Assembly (NCBI GenBank): GCA_035402805.1
Contig: DAONDY010000002.1
Span: 149,963-213,962, forward strand
Origin: Candidatus Woesebacteria bacterium
Lineage (GTDB): Bacteria; Patescibacteriota; Microgenomatia; UBA12405
DNA length: 64,000 bases
Direction: 5' to 3'
Shown here in pieces: positions 1 to 10,056 of this stretch. Under the pieces are notes generated by a model. That model was not told the DNA's origin. It was given only the letters and a program-made list of their open reading frames with translations, and did not search any database. The position numbers and the translations under genes were made by a program. Positions within the stretch are counted from its first letter, which is position 1, and every line of letters starts with the position of its first letter.

Positions 1-1277
1 TGTTTATTTTTACCAGTGCTAGTGTAATTTGCAGTTCCGCTTAATGGAGCAATTGCGGTTGAACCAGTAGAAGTAGAATTAAAAAGTGAATTATCAAATT
101 TCCAATGAGAAAATAATGAGGAATTTAGATCGGGGGCGGTGGAGGATTGGATGCCTAAATTGGCACTGGAACCGGATAAAGTTCCGCGTGAATTATAGTC
201 TTGTTTGATTTGGTCGGCGGTGCGGGCATAAGGATAAATTTTAACTTCATCAAAAACACCTTTTACATTGTAAGTGTTGTTATTAGTGCCATTATAAGTA
301 TTAAAATATAGATCTGTAGTATTTGTTGCGATAGAGCTAGATATAACAGTACTATTGGCTAATTTCCCATCAATATAGCTTTTAGCAATATCATTTTCTT
401 TAAAAGTTATTGTAATTTGATGCCATTGATTTGGTGAAACAGTAACACTGGCTATTCCATTAGTTCTTGTCCCTGATGTATTCCAATAATTAAAACTTAT
501 TGTATTGCCAGTTATATTAACAGCATATGGACCACCACTACCTTTATAAAAAATATAATTATCTGAATTTGTACCGTCGTGTTTTATCCAAAAACTAATC
601 GTAAATTCTTTTAGATAATTAAAAGTTGGTGATTGGTTTATTTTTATGAAATTGGATGTACCGTTAAAGTCTAAACATTTTCCAGAAACACATTGTGATT
701 CATCACTCCAAGTAGCACCAGAAATTGTGCCGTTATTTTGATTATTAGCCGAGTCGTAGGCGGTGGTGCCGATGCCTTCGTCGAATTTCCAATAAGCAAT
801 TGGGCCGCCGCCGACTTCTTCACTAGATAAAGAACCAATGGTGTAATTACTGGCTTGAGTAGAAAAATCGGCACTAGAAAAACCATTTTCAATAGTAGAG
901 TTACCGTAATAAGCATAAATAGTAGAAGTACCAGCGGGGAAAGAGGGAATTAAAATATGGAAAGTAATAGAAGTAGTACCAACACCAGAAACAAGATAAT
1001 AATCAAGAAGATTACCATTATTATCTATAAATCTAAAATCACCATCATCAGTTTGAGCTTTAGCGGTACTACCGATGTTGATTGATGTGGTAATGTAGAC
1101 ATTAGATTCAGCCGTAGTATGAGAAGAAATATCTATGGCTTGTCGGTAATGCCAACTATCATTCCACCAAGCCGCAGAAACTTTTTGTTTTGGTAAAATA
1201 AATTTCCATAAAATTACAACACCAATTAAAAGAAGAGAGAAAATAATTAATAGAGATTTATAAGAAAATTTGGACAC
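1..1277 (-). CDS. Secreted DUF2341 + LamG-like jellyroll domain protein (runs off the left edge; absent from ORF track)
   Basis: Manual translation from GTG 1277: signal/TM segment, AWWNDSWHYRQAIDI (DUF2341-type start), then GPIAYWKFDEGIGTTAYDS...LDFNG...FTISFWIK...DEVKIYPYART (LamG). A second LamG starts near the window edge. Confidence 0.75.
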   Translation of the reverse strand, partial: MSKFSYKSLLIIFSLLLIGVVILWKFILPKQKVSAAWWNDSWHYRQAIDISSHTTAESNVYITTSINIGSTAKAQTDDGDFRFIDNNGNLLDYYLVSGVGTTSITFHILIPSFPAGTSTIYAYYGNSTIENGFSSADFSTQASNYTIGSLSSEEVGGGPIAYWKFDEGIGTTAYDSANNQNNGTISGATWSDESQCVSGKCLDFNGTSNFIKINQSPTFNYLKEFTISFWIKHDGTNSDNYIFYKGSGGPYAVNITGNTISFNYWNTSGTRTNGIASVTVSPNQWHQITITFKENDIAKSYIDGKLANSTVISSSIATNTTDLYFNTYNGTNNNTYNVKGVFDEVKIYPYARTADQIKQDYNSRGTLSGSSANLGIQSSTAPDLNSSLFSHWKFDNSLFNSTSTGSTAIAPLSGTANYTSTGKNK

Positions 1278-1333
1278 TAAGTTAGTTTAACAAGAACAGC
1301 TTAAAATTATTAAAATCAAATTAAAATTTATTT

Positions 1334-1452
1334 AAATCCTTCCTCCCCGATATTTATCGGGGTATCCTCCCTTATCAAGGGAGGAAGTATTATCTTTTAA
1401 TTTCTCCCTTTGTTAAGGGGAGATGTTGAACGAAGTGAAACAGAGAGGATTA
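1334..1452. repeat. Palindromic REP-like doublet, family A (DUF559-associated), copy 1
   Basis: Contains TTTCTCCCTTTGTTAAGGGGAGATGT...ACAGAGAGGATT, identical to the cores at 37471 and 40002, preceded by an inverted related half. A nested CCCCGATATTTATCGGGG hairpin is present. Confidence 0.85.
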
Positions 1453-1455
1453 AAT

Positions 1456-1869
1456 CTAGTAAAACACCACTTTGACTTGTTGAGGGATAGTGCCATTTTT
1501 AGTCTTGGCGGCAACACTAAACTGGCCAGGAATATTGGAAGATAAATCAAAAACTGCCTTACCTGAATCGTCAGTGATGTTTTGAATCTTAGTAATACTG
1601 ATTTTAGAAGAAGTAGAGAGACTAATGGTTTGATTAGAAACTCCAAGACCGCGACCATCAAGAATAAAAACAGTTAGACGAATTTTTTCTTTATTGTCGG
1701 CTTTGGCTTGAAGAGGAGAAGCAAAAAGATAAGAGTTTTCTAGTACAACTGAAGATTGATTTCCAGTTGAGGCTTTTTTAACGAAGATGGTGGTTCTGAG
1801 AACTAGAAAGACAGAGGCAATTAATGCAATTGATAAAAATAGAATGATAAATAAATATTTTTTGTTCAC
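1456..1869 (-). CDS. Membrane-anchored bacterial Ig-like (Big_1-type) domain protein
   Basis: N-terminal TM helix; ADNKEKIRLTV...G.GVSNQTI...TDDSGKAVF Ig/invasin-type pattern. Confidence 0.65.
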   Translation of the reverse strand: MNKKYLFIILFLSIALIASVFLVLRTTIFVKKASTGNQSSVVLENSYLFASPLQAKADNKEKIRLTVFILDGRGLGVSNQTISLSTSSKISITKIQNITDDSGKAVFDLSSNIPGQFSVAAKTKNGTIPQQVKVVFY

Positions 1870-1892
1870 TAATTAATATTAGCATTTTATAT

Positions 1893-2002
1893 AAATTCTC
1901 GTTAAATTCTTGGCTCGATAACATTTTTGCCGTGCTCACGCCCTTCGGCATTACACCTCGGATGATTGCGCGCGGAAAAATATTATCTTCGCCAATTTAA
2001 AA
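1893..2002. repeat. Long imperfect hairpin, divergent member of family B (CTCG...CTTCG ends)
   Basis: TTGG-CTCG-ATAACATTTTTGCCGTGC...GCGCGGAAAAATATTAT-CTTCG-CCAA, with the same terminal architecture as 12181, 37234 and 58982. Confidence 0.55.
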
Positions 2003-2887
2003 TTATTTGGCGATTTTAAGGGTGCGATGGAGGACATCTGGATACACATGGGGAAAGTTTTGGGTTTTGATAGCAGGATAAGAAGTGCGTAGAGCTGGAA
2101 GAAATTTTAATTGAGAAACTCGACGATAAAAATTGGAGTTAAAGAATAGGAAGATAAAAAATAAAATAAGAGTAAAAATAAAGATAGGGAGTAAAACCAT
2201 CAGATAAGTATGTTGTTGAAGAAAAATCCAAAACAAGGAAGGCATTAAATAAAGTAGAGAATTAGATTTTGGAGAATTACTACCGTCATATTCGACTGAA
2301 GTGTAAAGGCGATAATTACTGGAATAAGCAGTTGGTAAATTAAGACTATAATTACCATTTTTATCAGTAGAAGCCTTTAATGGAGGTAAGGAATAGGCTA
2401 AAGCAGCCTTGGGAAATGATTTGGCAGTATCATCGACTTTATAAAAGAAGATATTAATAGGAGAATTGGGAATACTCTGACCAGAGGTGATAACAGTAGA
2501 ATTGGGATTTATTTTGTCTTGTTCTAGAGAAATAGTGGGAGGAAGAATAATTGGACCGATGTTAGTATGATAATTGGTGGTTGGAGGTGGAGGGACACAA
2601 ACTAAAGTACTATTTCGATCGTAGTTATCTTTTGATTGAAGACATAGTTCCGAAGAATTTTTTGGGAGAACATGTTTATTAAACTCAAAATAGCCATTAT
2701 CTTGACTGAAAGTAAGTGCGTAAATACCAACACCAGTTAACTCAACTCGAGAGGTGGGTGAGGTGTAACCAAAAATAGTAACTTCATTCTCACCAATAGA
2801 AGCAGAAATGGAAACATCACCAGATTTTTCTAAAGCCAAACTAGGAGAGGCTAATAATAAGAAAAGTAGCAAAAAAACACGGAACAT
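2003..2887 (-). CDS. Secreted Ig-like protein with C-terminal membrane anchor
   Basis: Signal peptide, two beta-rich Ig-like units (GYTSP.S.V / GQSIPNS.I), C-terminal TM helix. Confidence 0.6.
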   Translation of the reverse strand: MFRVFLLLFLLLASPSLALEKSGDVSISASIGENEVTIFGYTSPTSRVELTGVGIYALTFSQDNGYFEFNKHVLPKNSSELCLQSKDNYDRNSTLVCVPPPPTTNYHTNIGPIILPPTISLEQDKINPNSTVITSGQSIPNSPINIFFYKVDDTAKSFPKAALAYSLPPLKASTDKNGNYSLNLPTAYSSNYRLYTSVEYDGSNSPKSNSLLYLMPSLFWIFLQQHTYLMVLLPIFIFTLILFFIFLFFNSNFYRRVSQLKFLPALRTSYPAIKTQNFPHVYPDVLHRTLKIAK

Positions 2888-3879
2888 TATTGATCCTTAT
2901 ATTTTTTCTTTAAGGTTTCTAATTCTTTTTCAAGTTCGTCAACTTTTTCAGAAGTCTCTTTTTTACTACCAGTCTTTTTCTTAAGAGCCAGAATAATAAC
3001 GACAATGATAATTATGGCGGTAGTGACTAAAATGAGTAATCTCCAAGGAATAACCCAGAAGAAAAGTACAGCAGTAGCAACTCCACCAGCAGTCCCATAA
3101 GCAGCATTTAATTCAGCTTTATAACGACCAAAAAGCCATTTTTTGCTTAATTGATTTTGAAATTCTCTGACTTTTCCTGGGAAAATATTGACACCTTCGG
3201 CATTGAAAGCAATTTGATCGGTTCTTAAACCAAACATATTGGTAACAGTGATATTACCAGCTGCTTTGATGTGAATATCAGATAAATTTTGGATAACAGT
3301 TTTAAAGTCAATTGGTCCAAATTCAGAGAATTTAGGAGCAGTAAAGTCTTTTACGGTAGCATTTTGACGGATATTTCCAGGAATTGTGATGTAAACTAGA
3401 GTACCAACTTTGGTTTGAATAGAAGAACCAGTGGAATCAATAATAGAAACTTGATTATCTGGACTATGAAGAACCATAGCATAGTGACCACCAGGGAGAG
3501 CATTAGCTGGAGGCATAACTGTTAAAATTAAAGTTTTAGTTTCGCCACCTTTTAGTTTGACAGATGAAGGAGATACTTGGATCCAAGAACTAGCAGCCCA
3601 GCGGTTATCCTCTTTAGAGGAAGTAATAACAGTGGGAGTACCAATATCATCATTAACTACAAAATCTTCAACGGTTATAGTTATATTTTTTTCTTTACTA
3701 GATTCGTTTCGAACTTTAATAGTTTGACTAACAACACCATCTGGTTTAACAGTAACTTCAAGACGAGGAGGGATAGCTGATAATCCTTCAGTAGTTTGAG
3801 CGTGGATAGGGGCAGTTATAAGAGAATAGTTGGTGGCTAATAGAAGAAGTAGGGTTGTTATTTTTATATATTTTTTCAT
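2887..3879 (-). CDS. DUF916/WxL-interacting-like (PapD-chaperone-like) surface protein with C-terminal TM and coiled tail
   Basis: Signal peptide; GLSAIPPRLEV...TIKVRNES, PANALPGGHYAMV, FGRYKAELNAAYG, FWVIPW followed by TM. Confidence 0.65.
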   Translation of the reverse strand: MKKYIKITTLLLLLATNYSLITAPIHAQTTEGLSAIPPRLEVTVKPDGVVSQTIKVRNESSKEKNITITVEDFVVNDDIGTPTVITSSKEDNRWAASSWIQVSPSSVKLKGGETKTLILTVMPPANALPGGHYAMVLHSPDNQVSIIDSTGSSIQTKVGTLVYITIPGNIRQNATVKDFTAPKFSEFGPIDFKTVIQNLSDIHIKAAGNITVTNMFGLRTDQIAFNAEGVNIFPGKVREFQNQLSKKWLFGRYKAELNAAYGTAGGVATAVLFFWVIPWRLLILVTTAIIIIVVIILALKKKTGSKKETSEKVDELEKELETLKKKYKDQ

Positions 3880-3881
3880 TT

Positions 3882-5372
3882 TTAGAAAGTGGCAGTAGCA
3901 ATATAACTAATTTGATTTTCATAAGTGCCAGCTTGTTGAGTGGTAGAAGCAACCGCTCGATAACAAACATAAATAGAATCAGTACCAGTTGGAGTATTGG
4001 TGCGGCTTAAGATTGGTTGAGCATTAGCAAAACCAATTCCGAATGGTTTATAGTGACCAACAGTAGTAATACCAATTGAAGCAGTAGTTCCTGTAGTAAC
4101 ACCAACTTCGAGAGAGTAACCAAAACCAGAATTAGTATAAGCAGTCCAGGCTCTTTGGGCTGTGGGAGTACAACCAGTCCCTTCACAAGTAGTATTAGGA
4201 ATAGTAAGACCAACACCACCAGCACCAGTGGTTCCAATGGTGGTCATAACTTGATTTTCGAAAGCTTGAATTACATAACCATTAGCTGAATTAGTTGTAC
4301 AAGAAATGCTTTGAGCAAGGTTGTTGTAAGTGCCCAAAACTAATGGTCCAAAATTTACAGAAGTAGCTGTTGTCTCTGGAGCTCCATTACTAATTGGGAG
4401 TCCGCAACGGCTGGTTCCGATTGAGGTAGTATTTGAAGATCCAATAGTGAAAGTAATGGTTGGATCGACAATAGCGGTAACTCTAACACTTTCGGTGACA
4501 GCTAATTTTCCGAAAGTAGTATCAATAACATTACCAAAAGTATCAATTTGTCTGATGGCATAATTATATGCATCAACTGTACCAGTAGCTTGTCCAGGGA
4601 CATGGTTAATGCCTGGAGCTGGATTGATTAATTTGCTGTAAGTATCTCGACCAATGACCATACTAATACCAACACCGACAGTGGAAGCATTACCACTACA
4701 CTGAATGACGTGATAGGTTCCAGTAGAACCAATATTAACTCCAGAGGAAATGAAAACAGTGGTTCCAACACTGGCAGTACCACTAAGAGGACAAGTAATA
4801 TCAGCTACTTTTAAAGCAGTTCCCGGTCCAGTGGTGGTAGAACCAACATCTTTACCTAAATCAAATCCGCCTTGATCTGGAATACCATCTGCTGGTAGTT
4901 CACCAGGGAGATTGGTAGCTTTAATTAAAAATTGCCAAGTTTCACCAACACCAGTAGAACTTTGGGGAACGAAAGAAACAGTGTGAACAGCAGAACGGGT
5001 GGCAATAACATAAGCGTTAGGAGTAGTAGTACCAATAGCGGTAGAAAGTTCTATGGAGGCGGTATCACCAATATTTCTAACAATGTAAGTGCTAACAGTG
5101 GTAACACCAGCGTTAGCAATAACGATAGTATCACCAGTAGCAAGATTGGCGGTAATGATTGAAGGAGCTGAACTACCGATAGTATTTATTTTAATAGTAG
5201 ATCCATTAGCACTACTTAGACGACCAAAAAAAGACAATTGAGCTGTAGAAAGTTGGTCTTTTAGACTATTGACAGGGGCTGATTTAATTTGACTACCATT
5301 AGCGAAAAAAGTTAAATAGACAGGCAATGCCAGAAAAAGAAATGTTACAACTCGAAATAAAGCTTTTTTCAT
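3882..5372 (-). CDS. Secreted Thr/Gly-rich beta protein with WxL/pilin-like C-terminal domain
   Basis: Signal peptide; VTAIVDPTITFTI; TNSANGYVI; ends AGTYENQISYIATATF. Confidence 0.6.
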   Translation of the reverse strand: MKKALFRVVTFLFLALPVYLTFFANGSQIKSAPVNSLKDQLSTAQLSFFGRLSSANGSTIKINTIGSSAPSIITANLATGDTIVIANAGVTTVSTYIVRNIGDTASIELSTAIGTTTPNAYVIATRSAVHTVSFVPQSSTGVGETWQFLIKATNLPGELPADGIPDQGGFDLGKDVGSTTTGPGTALKVADITCPLSGTASVGTTVFISSGVNIGSTGTYHVIQCSGNASTVGVGISMVIGRDTYSKLINPAPGINHVPGQATGTVDAYNYAIRQIDTFGNVIDTTFGKLAVTESVRVTAIVDPTITFTIGSSNTTSIGTSRCGLPISNGAPETTATSVNFGPLVLGTYNNLAQSISCTTNSANGYVIQAFENQVMTTIGTTGAGGVGLTIPNTTCEGTGCTPTAQRAWTAYTNSGFGYSLEVGVTTGTTASIGITTVGHYKPFGIGFANAQPILSRTNTPTGTDSIYVCYRAVASTTQQAGTYENQISYIATATF

Positions 5373-5508
5373 TTTATTTGTGTAATTTAGTGATAAATAA
5401 AGATAGATTTTTTAAATATAGTTGTCAAGAAGTTAATTTATAAAATTGGTAATTTGATTTAAAAAAAATGTCGGTATAATACAAGAGCATTAAAAGTTTA
5501 GGAGAAAA

Positions 5509-8163
5509 ATGACTAATACAAAAAAATACGTCTATTTTTTCGGTAATGGAAAAGCTGAAGGCGACAAGGATATGAAATATATTCTTGGCGGTAAAGGTGC
5601 TAATTTGGCAGAAATGACCAATTTGGGAATTCCAGTACCGGCAGGTTTTACTATTTCAACAGAGGTATGTCAATACTATTATAGTAATGGCAAAAAATAT
5701 CCAACTGAATTGAAAGGGGATGTAGAAAAAGAAATTGCTCGTTTAGAAGAAAGCACTGGTAAAAAATTTGGTGATGATAAAAATCCATTATTGGTTTCAG
5801 TTAGATCTGGAGCAGCGGCTTCAATGCCAGGAATGATGGATACTATTTTAAATTTAGGTTTAAATGAAAAAGTAGTCGAAGGAATGGTTGAGAAAACTGG
5901 CAATGCCCGATTTGTTTGGGATTCTTACCGACGTTTTATTCAAATGTACTGCAATGTAGTAGAAAATATGGAACATGAAAAATTGGAACATGTGATTAAT
6001 ACTGTCAAGGCAGAAAGAGGAATTAAGGAAGATACAGCCATGACAGCTGAAGATTGGCAAAAGGTGGTTAGAGGCTATAAAGAAATTTATAAAATTGAAA
6101 AAGGACACGATTTTCCAAGTGATGCCAATGTTCAACTTTGGGGAGCAATTGATGCTGTTTTTGGTTCTTGGAATAATCCAAGAGCAATTATTTATCGTCA
6201 ATTAAACAAAATTGATGAGAAAAAAATCTTTGGAACTGCAGTAAACATCCAATCAATGGTGTTTGGTAATATGGGTGATGATTGCGGAACTGGAGTAGCT
6301 TTTACTCGTAATCCTTCAACTGGAGAAAATGTAGCCTATGGAGAATATCTAATGAATGCCCAAGGTGAGGACGTAGTGGCAGGAATTAGAACTCCAAAAA
6401 AGCTCGATTCTCTAAAAGAAGATAATGAAACTGTTTATAAAGAATTAATTGCTATTTTTGATAAATTAGAAAAACATTATAAAGATATGCAGGATGTGGA
6501 ATTTACCATTGAAAATGGTAAATTGTTTGTTCTTCAAACCAGAAATGCTAAAAGAACCGCTCCAGCTATGGTCAAAGTAGCAGTTGATTTAGTTAGTGAG
6601 GGATTGATTGATGAAAAAACAGCATTAGTGAGAGTTGAAGCTGACAAACTTGATCAATTGCTTCATCCAACTTTGGATCCAAAGGAAAAATCTAAATTCC
6701 AATTAATCACTAAAGGTTTACCAGCATCTCCAGGTGCAGCTTCTGGACAAGTTGTTTTTAACGCTGAAACTGCAGTTGAATGGGTGGAGAATGGTAAAAA
6801 AGTAATTTTAGTTAGAGCCGAAACTTCTCCTGAAGATATTGCCGGAATGAACGTAGCGGCTGGTATTTTAACGGCTCGAGGCGGAATGACTTCTCATGCA
6901 GCTGTGGTGGCTCGAGGTATGGGCCGATGTTGTGTGGCTGGTTGTGAAGCTTTAACTGTAATGGAAAGTTCTAAAATATTCAAAGTAGGTGATATTGAAG
7001 TCAAGGAAGGTGATTTAATTACTTTGGATGGAAGTGCTGGTGAAGTCTTCTTAGGTAAAGTACCAACTATGGAAGCTCAATTAAATGATGATTTTGCTCA
7101 ATTGATGAAATGGGCAGATAAAACTCGAAAATTGGGAGTCAGAACTAATGCTGATACTCCAAAAGATGCTAAAACAGCTCGAGAATTTGGAGCTCAAGGT
7201 ATTGGTCTTTGTCGAACTGAACATATGTTCTTTGAAGAAGATAAAATCTTTGCTATTCGACAAGTGATTATTTCAGATACTCTTGAACAGAGAGAAACCG
7301 CTTTGGAAAAAATCTTCCCCATGCAAAAAAATGATTTCAAACAGATATTTGAAATTATGGAAGGTTTACCAGTCAAAATTCGTTTACTTGATCCACCTTT
7401 ACACGAATTTGTACCTCATGAAGACAAAGATATTGAGGCTTTAGCAAAAGAAATGGGAATTTCTTTTGAAAAATTGAAAGAAAAAGTAATATCTCTACAT
7501 GAAGCTAATCCAATGATGGGTCATCGTGGTTGTCGACTTGGTGTTACTTTCCCAGAAATTAATCAAATGCAAGTGAAAGCTATTATGAGTGCCGCTTGTG
7601 AATTGAAGAAAGAGAAAAATGCTGAGATTGTTCCAGAAATTATGATCCCATTAATTGCTGATGTAGAAGAATTAAAATGGCTTAAAGCTAAATTGATTCC
7701 AGTTATCGAAGAAACCATGAAATCTTATGGTGTTACTTTGAAATATGAAATTGGAACCATGATTGAAATTCCAAGAGCAGCAGTAACTGCTGATGAAATT
7801 GGGACTGAAGCTGATTTCTTCTCTTTTGGAACTAATGATTTGACTCAAATGACCTATGGGTTCTCTCGTGATGATGCGGGAAAATTCATTAAAGATTATA
7901 TGAGAGAAAAAATCTTAGTTGAAGATCCGTTTAAAAGTGTTGACCAAAAAGGTGTTGGTAGACTAATGGAAATGGCAGTGAAACTTGGTCGAGATGGTAA
8001 TAAAGATCTTAATATTGGTATCTGTGGAGAACAGGGTGGAGATCCAGATACAGTTAAATTCTGTCATAGAATTGGACTAAATTATGTGTCTTGCTCGCCT
8101 TACCGAGTACCAATTGCTAGATTGGCGGCAGCACAAGCGGTGGTTGAAGAAATGAAGAAATAA
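5509..8163 (+). CDS. ppdK: Pyruvate, phosphate dikinase
   Basis: LGGKGANLAEM, PLLVSVRSGA, GGMTSHAAVVARG (phospho-His), GLCRTEHMF, SFGTNDLTQ; AGGAG SD upstream. Confidence 0.98.
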   Translation: MTNTKKYVYFFGNGKAEGDKDMKYILGGKGANLAEMTNLGIPVPAGFTISTEVCQYYYSNGKKYPTELKGDVEKEIARLEESTGKKFGDDKNPLLVSVRSGAAASMPGMMDTILNLGLNEKVVEGMVEKTGNARFVWDSYRRFIQMYCNVVENMEHEKLEHVINTVKAERGIKEDTAMTAEDWQKVVRGYKEIYKIEKGHDFPSDANVQLWGAIDAVFGSWNNPRAIIYRQLNKIDEKKIFGTAVNIQSMVFGNMGDDCGTGVAFTRNPSTGENVAYGEYLMNAQGEDVVAGIRTPKKLDSLKEDNETVYKELIAIFDKLEKHYKDMQDVEFTIENGKLFVLQTRNAKRTAPAMVKVAVDLVSEGLIDEKTALVRVEADKLDQLLHPTLDPKEKSKFQLITKGLPASPGAASGQVVFNAETAVEWVENGKKVILVRAETSPEDIAGMNVAAGILTARGGMTSHAAVVARGMGRCCVAGCEALTVMESSKIFKVGDIEVKEGDLITLDGSAGEVFLGKVPTMEAQLNDDFAQLMKWADKTRKLGVRTNADTPKDAKTAREFGAQGIGLCRTEHMFFEEDKIFAIRQVIISDTLEQRETALEKIFPMQKNDFKQIFEIMEGLPVKIRLLDPPLHEFVPHEDKDIEALAKEMGISFEKLKEKVISLHEANPMMGHRGCRLGVTFPEINQMQVKAIMSAACELKKEKNAEIVPEIMIPLIADVEELKWLKAKLIPVIEETMKSYGVTLKYEIGTMIEIPRAAVTADEIGTEADFFSFGTNDLTQMTYGFSRDDAGKFIKDYMREKILVEDPFKSVDQKGVGRLMEMAVKLGRDGNKDLNIGICGEQGGDPDTVKFCHRIGLNYVSCSPYRVPIARLAAAQAVVEEMKK

Positions 8164-8178
8164 TATTTCTTTGAGATT

Positions 8179-8205
8179 AAAAAAGCCCCCGAAAGGGGGC
8201 TTTTT
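8179..8205. terminator. Intrinsic (bidirectional) terminator after ppdK
   Basis: AAAAAGCCCCC-GAAA-GGGGGCTTTTT. Confidence 0.9.
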
Positions 8206-8209
8206 AAAT

Positions 8210-8235
8210 AGGGCGACCACAAGAGTCGCCCATAC
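8210..8235 (-). repeat. GTAG-type REP variant upstream of the RAYT
   Basis: Reverse complement reads GTAT-GGGCGAC-TCTTGTG-GTCGCCC-T, similar to the intragenic REPs. Confidence 0.7.
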
Positions 8236-8253
8236 ACATGATAATATAATTGT

Positions 8254-8841
8254 ATGTATTATCACAGAAGATCGATTAGATTAAAGGGATATAATTATTC
8301 ACAAAATTGGTTTTATTTTGTAACCATATGTGCCAAAAATAGAGGTAATGTTTTTGGTGAAATTGTAGGGGCGAGGCGTGACTCGCCCTTAATTAATAAA
8401 AATAATATATTTGCAAACGATCTGAATAGTAATTTATTCGAAATGAAATTAAATCAAAATGGGGAAATTATTGATGAAATTTGGAAATCATTATCAATTC
8501 ATCATAATGTAATTTTGGATGAATTTATTATTATGCCAGACCATATACATTTTATTTTGGTAATTAAAAATGACTTAAATAAAAATCAAAATAAATTGGA
8601 AAATAATGAAAATTTGATATTAAAAAATAATAATAAGGGCGAGTCACGCCTCGCCCCTACATTAGGGTGGATTGTTGGAATTTTTAAAACAGAATCAACA
8701 AAACGAATTAATAAATTAAATGAGACGCCAAAAATTCAATTATGGCAACGCAATTATTATGAAAGAGTTATTCGTAATGAAAAAGAGTATTTGATGATTA
8801 AAAAATATATTAGAGATAATCCAAAAAATCTAGGTTTATAA
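8254..8841 (+). mobile_element. REP-associated tyrosine transposase (RAYT, Y1 HUH/IS200-like)
   Basis: RRSIRLKGYNYS..YFVTIC, MPDHIH (HUH), LWQRNYYERVIRN, YIRDNP (catalytic Tyr); associated REPs. Confidence 0.92.
8365..8660. repeat. Pair of perfectly inverted 26-bp GTAG REPs inside the RAYT ORF (8365-8390, 8635-8660)
   Basis: GTAGGGGCGAGGCGTGACTCGCCCTT and its exact reverse complement. Confidence 0.92.
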
Positions 8842-8848
8842 TTGTCTT

Positions 8849-9319
8849 ATGAATATACAAGATTTAAAAGAATTCATTTTAGAAGCGAATGGGAAGGGAT
8901 ATGGAAGTGGGGAACAAAAAACAAGAGAAAAACAAGAAGATGGGTCGACGACGATTAAATATCAAAACGGAGATTGGAAAATGGTTGACAATTATGTGGG
9001 TGGGGAGCCGTATGCAGGAATGACAAAAATATTTTTTCAAGACAAAGTGGTGTGGTCAATGGTTTATTATGGATTGGTCGATAAAAAAGTTGAGGGTTTT
9101 AAAGATGTTTATGGTTTTTTAATGAAATCACTTTTGCAAATGCCCTCCGATTACCCTTATCGAGGTCCTAGGGAATTTGTTGAAGAAGAGTGGAAATATA
9201 ATAATGATTGGAGTGGGGAAGTGGAAGAATTTAATGGGGAGGAAAAAATTTATTTTAAAAATGAAATGATTTTTTGGACAAAATATATTGGCGGGGTGGT
9301 GGATGTGAGAGAAGAATAA
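8849..9319 (+). CDS. DUF5680-like protein
   Basis: DNYVGGEPYAG...VVWSMVYYG...PYRGP...F.GEEKI...Y.GG pattern. Confidence 0.7.
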   Translation: MNIQDLKEFILEANGKGYGSGEQKTREKQEDGSTTIKYQNGDWKMVDNYVGGEPYAGMTKIFFQDKVVWSMVYYGLVDKKVEGFKDVYGFLMKSLLQMPSDYPYRGPREFVEEEWKYNNDWSGEVEEFNGEEKIYFKNEMIFWTKYIGGVVDVREE

Positions 9320-9400
9320 ATTTTAGTTTAGAAAAAAATAGCCGGCAGATGTTTGTTGTTATACAAAAACCTGCCGGCGTGAATATAAAAAAAGAAAGGG

Positions 9401-9655
9401 TTATGATTCGTTTAATTTTTTTATTAATTCATCTTCCCAGACGCCGTTTTTTGAGTCTGCGATTATTATATACTCGGGATCTTCGGGCATACAAGGAAAA
9501 TATCCTTCTAGAGGAATGAAATCTCCAGATGAATGTTCAGCTATAAAAGTAGCTGCATGTTCGCGGGTTAAATGGTAAGAAAATTTTCTTGGTACATTGA
9601 TAGGAGATTTAGGTTTGGCTGATTCCCACAAAACACCAGTAATAAAGGTTTTCAT
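9401..9655 (-). CDS. Hypothetical protein (ORFan)
   Basis: ORF with upstream AAGGAA and a downstream long hairpin plus T-tract (9333-9378). Confidence 0.6.
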   Translation of the reverse strand: MKTFITGVLWESAKPKSPINVPRKFSYHLTREHAATFIAEHSSGDFIPLEGYFPCMPEDPEYIIIADSKNGVWEDELIKKLNES

Positions 9656-9793
9656 AGAATTTGATTCCTTTCTTGATTTAGATTTTTTATATAAAAGTGC
9701 GAAAGCACCAAAATTTTTTCAAAGCTTGAATTGAAAATTTGGGTTTGGGTCTATTTTATCACTAGAATAAATAAAATGTATTATAATTAGGTT

Positions 9794-10039
9794 ATGAAAA
9801 TAAAAAATAAAAAAACAGAATGCTGTGAAAAGATAGATTCTAAAAAATGTGATTGTGGTTGTAATTGTGGTAAAACTGGTTGGTCTAATAGCGCTATTTA
9901 TGGATTGAGTGTAGTTGGAGCTTTGTTTTATTTTTTGCAAAATGCACCAAATTTTGGAGCAGTAATGATTGGCATTGGAAAATCGATTTTTTGGCCAGCT
10001 TTCTTGATGTTTAAATTGCTGACTTATTTGGGAATGTAA
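9794..10039 (+). CDS. Small membrane protein with Cys-rich N-terminus
   Basis: [10 protein letters not shown] followed by two hydrophobic helices ending WPAFL; TATAAT 6 nt before ATG. Confidence 0.7.
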   Translation: MKIKNKKTECCEKIDSKKCDCGCNCGKTGWSNSAIYGLSVVGALFYFLQNAPNFGAVMIGIGKSIFWPAFLMFKLLTYLGM

Positions 10040-10056
10040 TTTTGATAAAATGTCTC

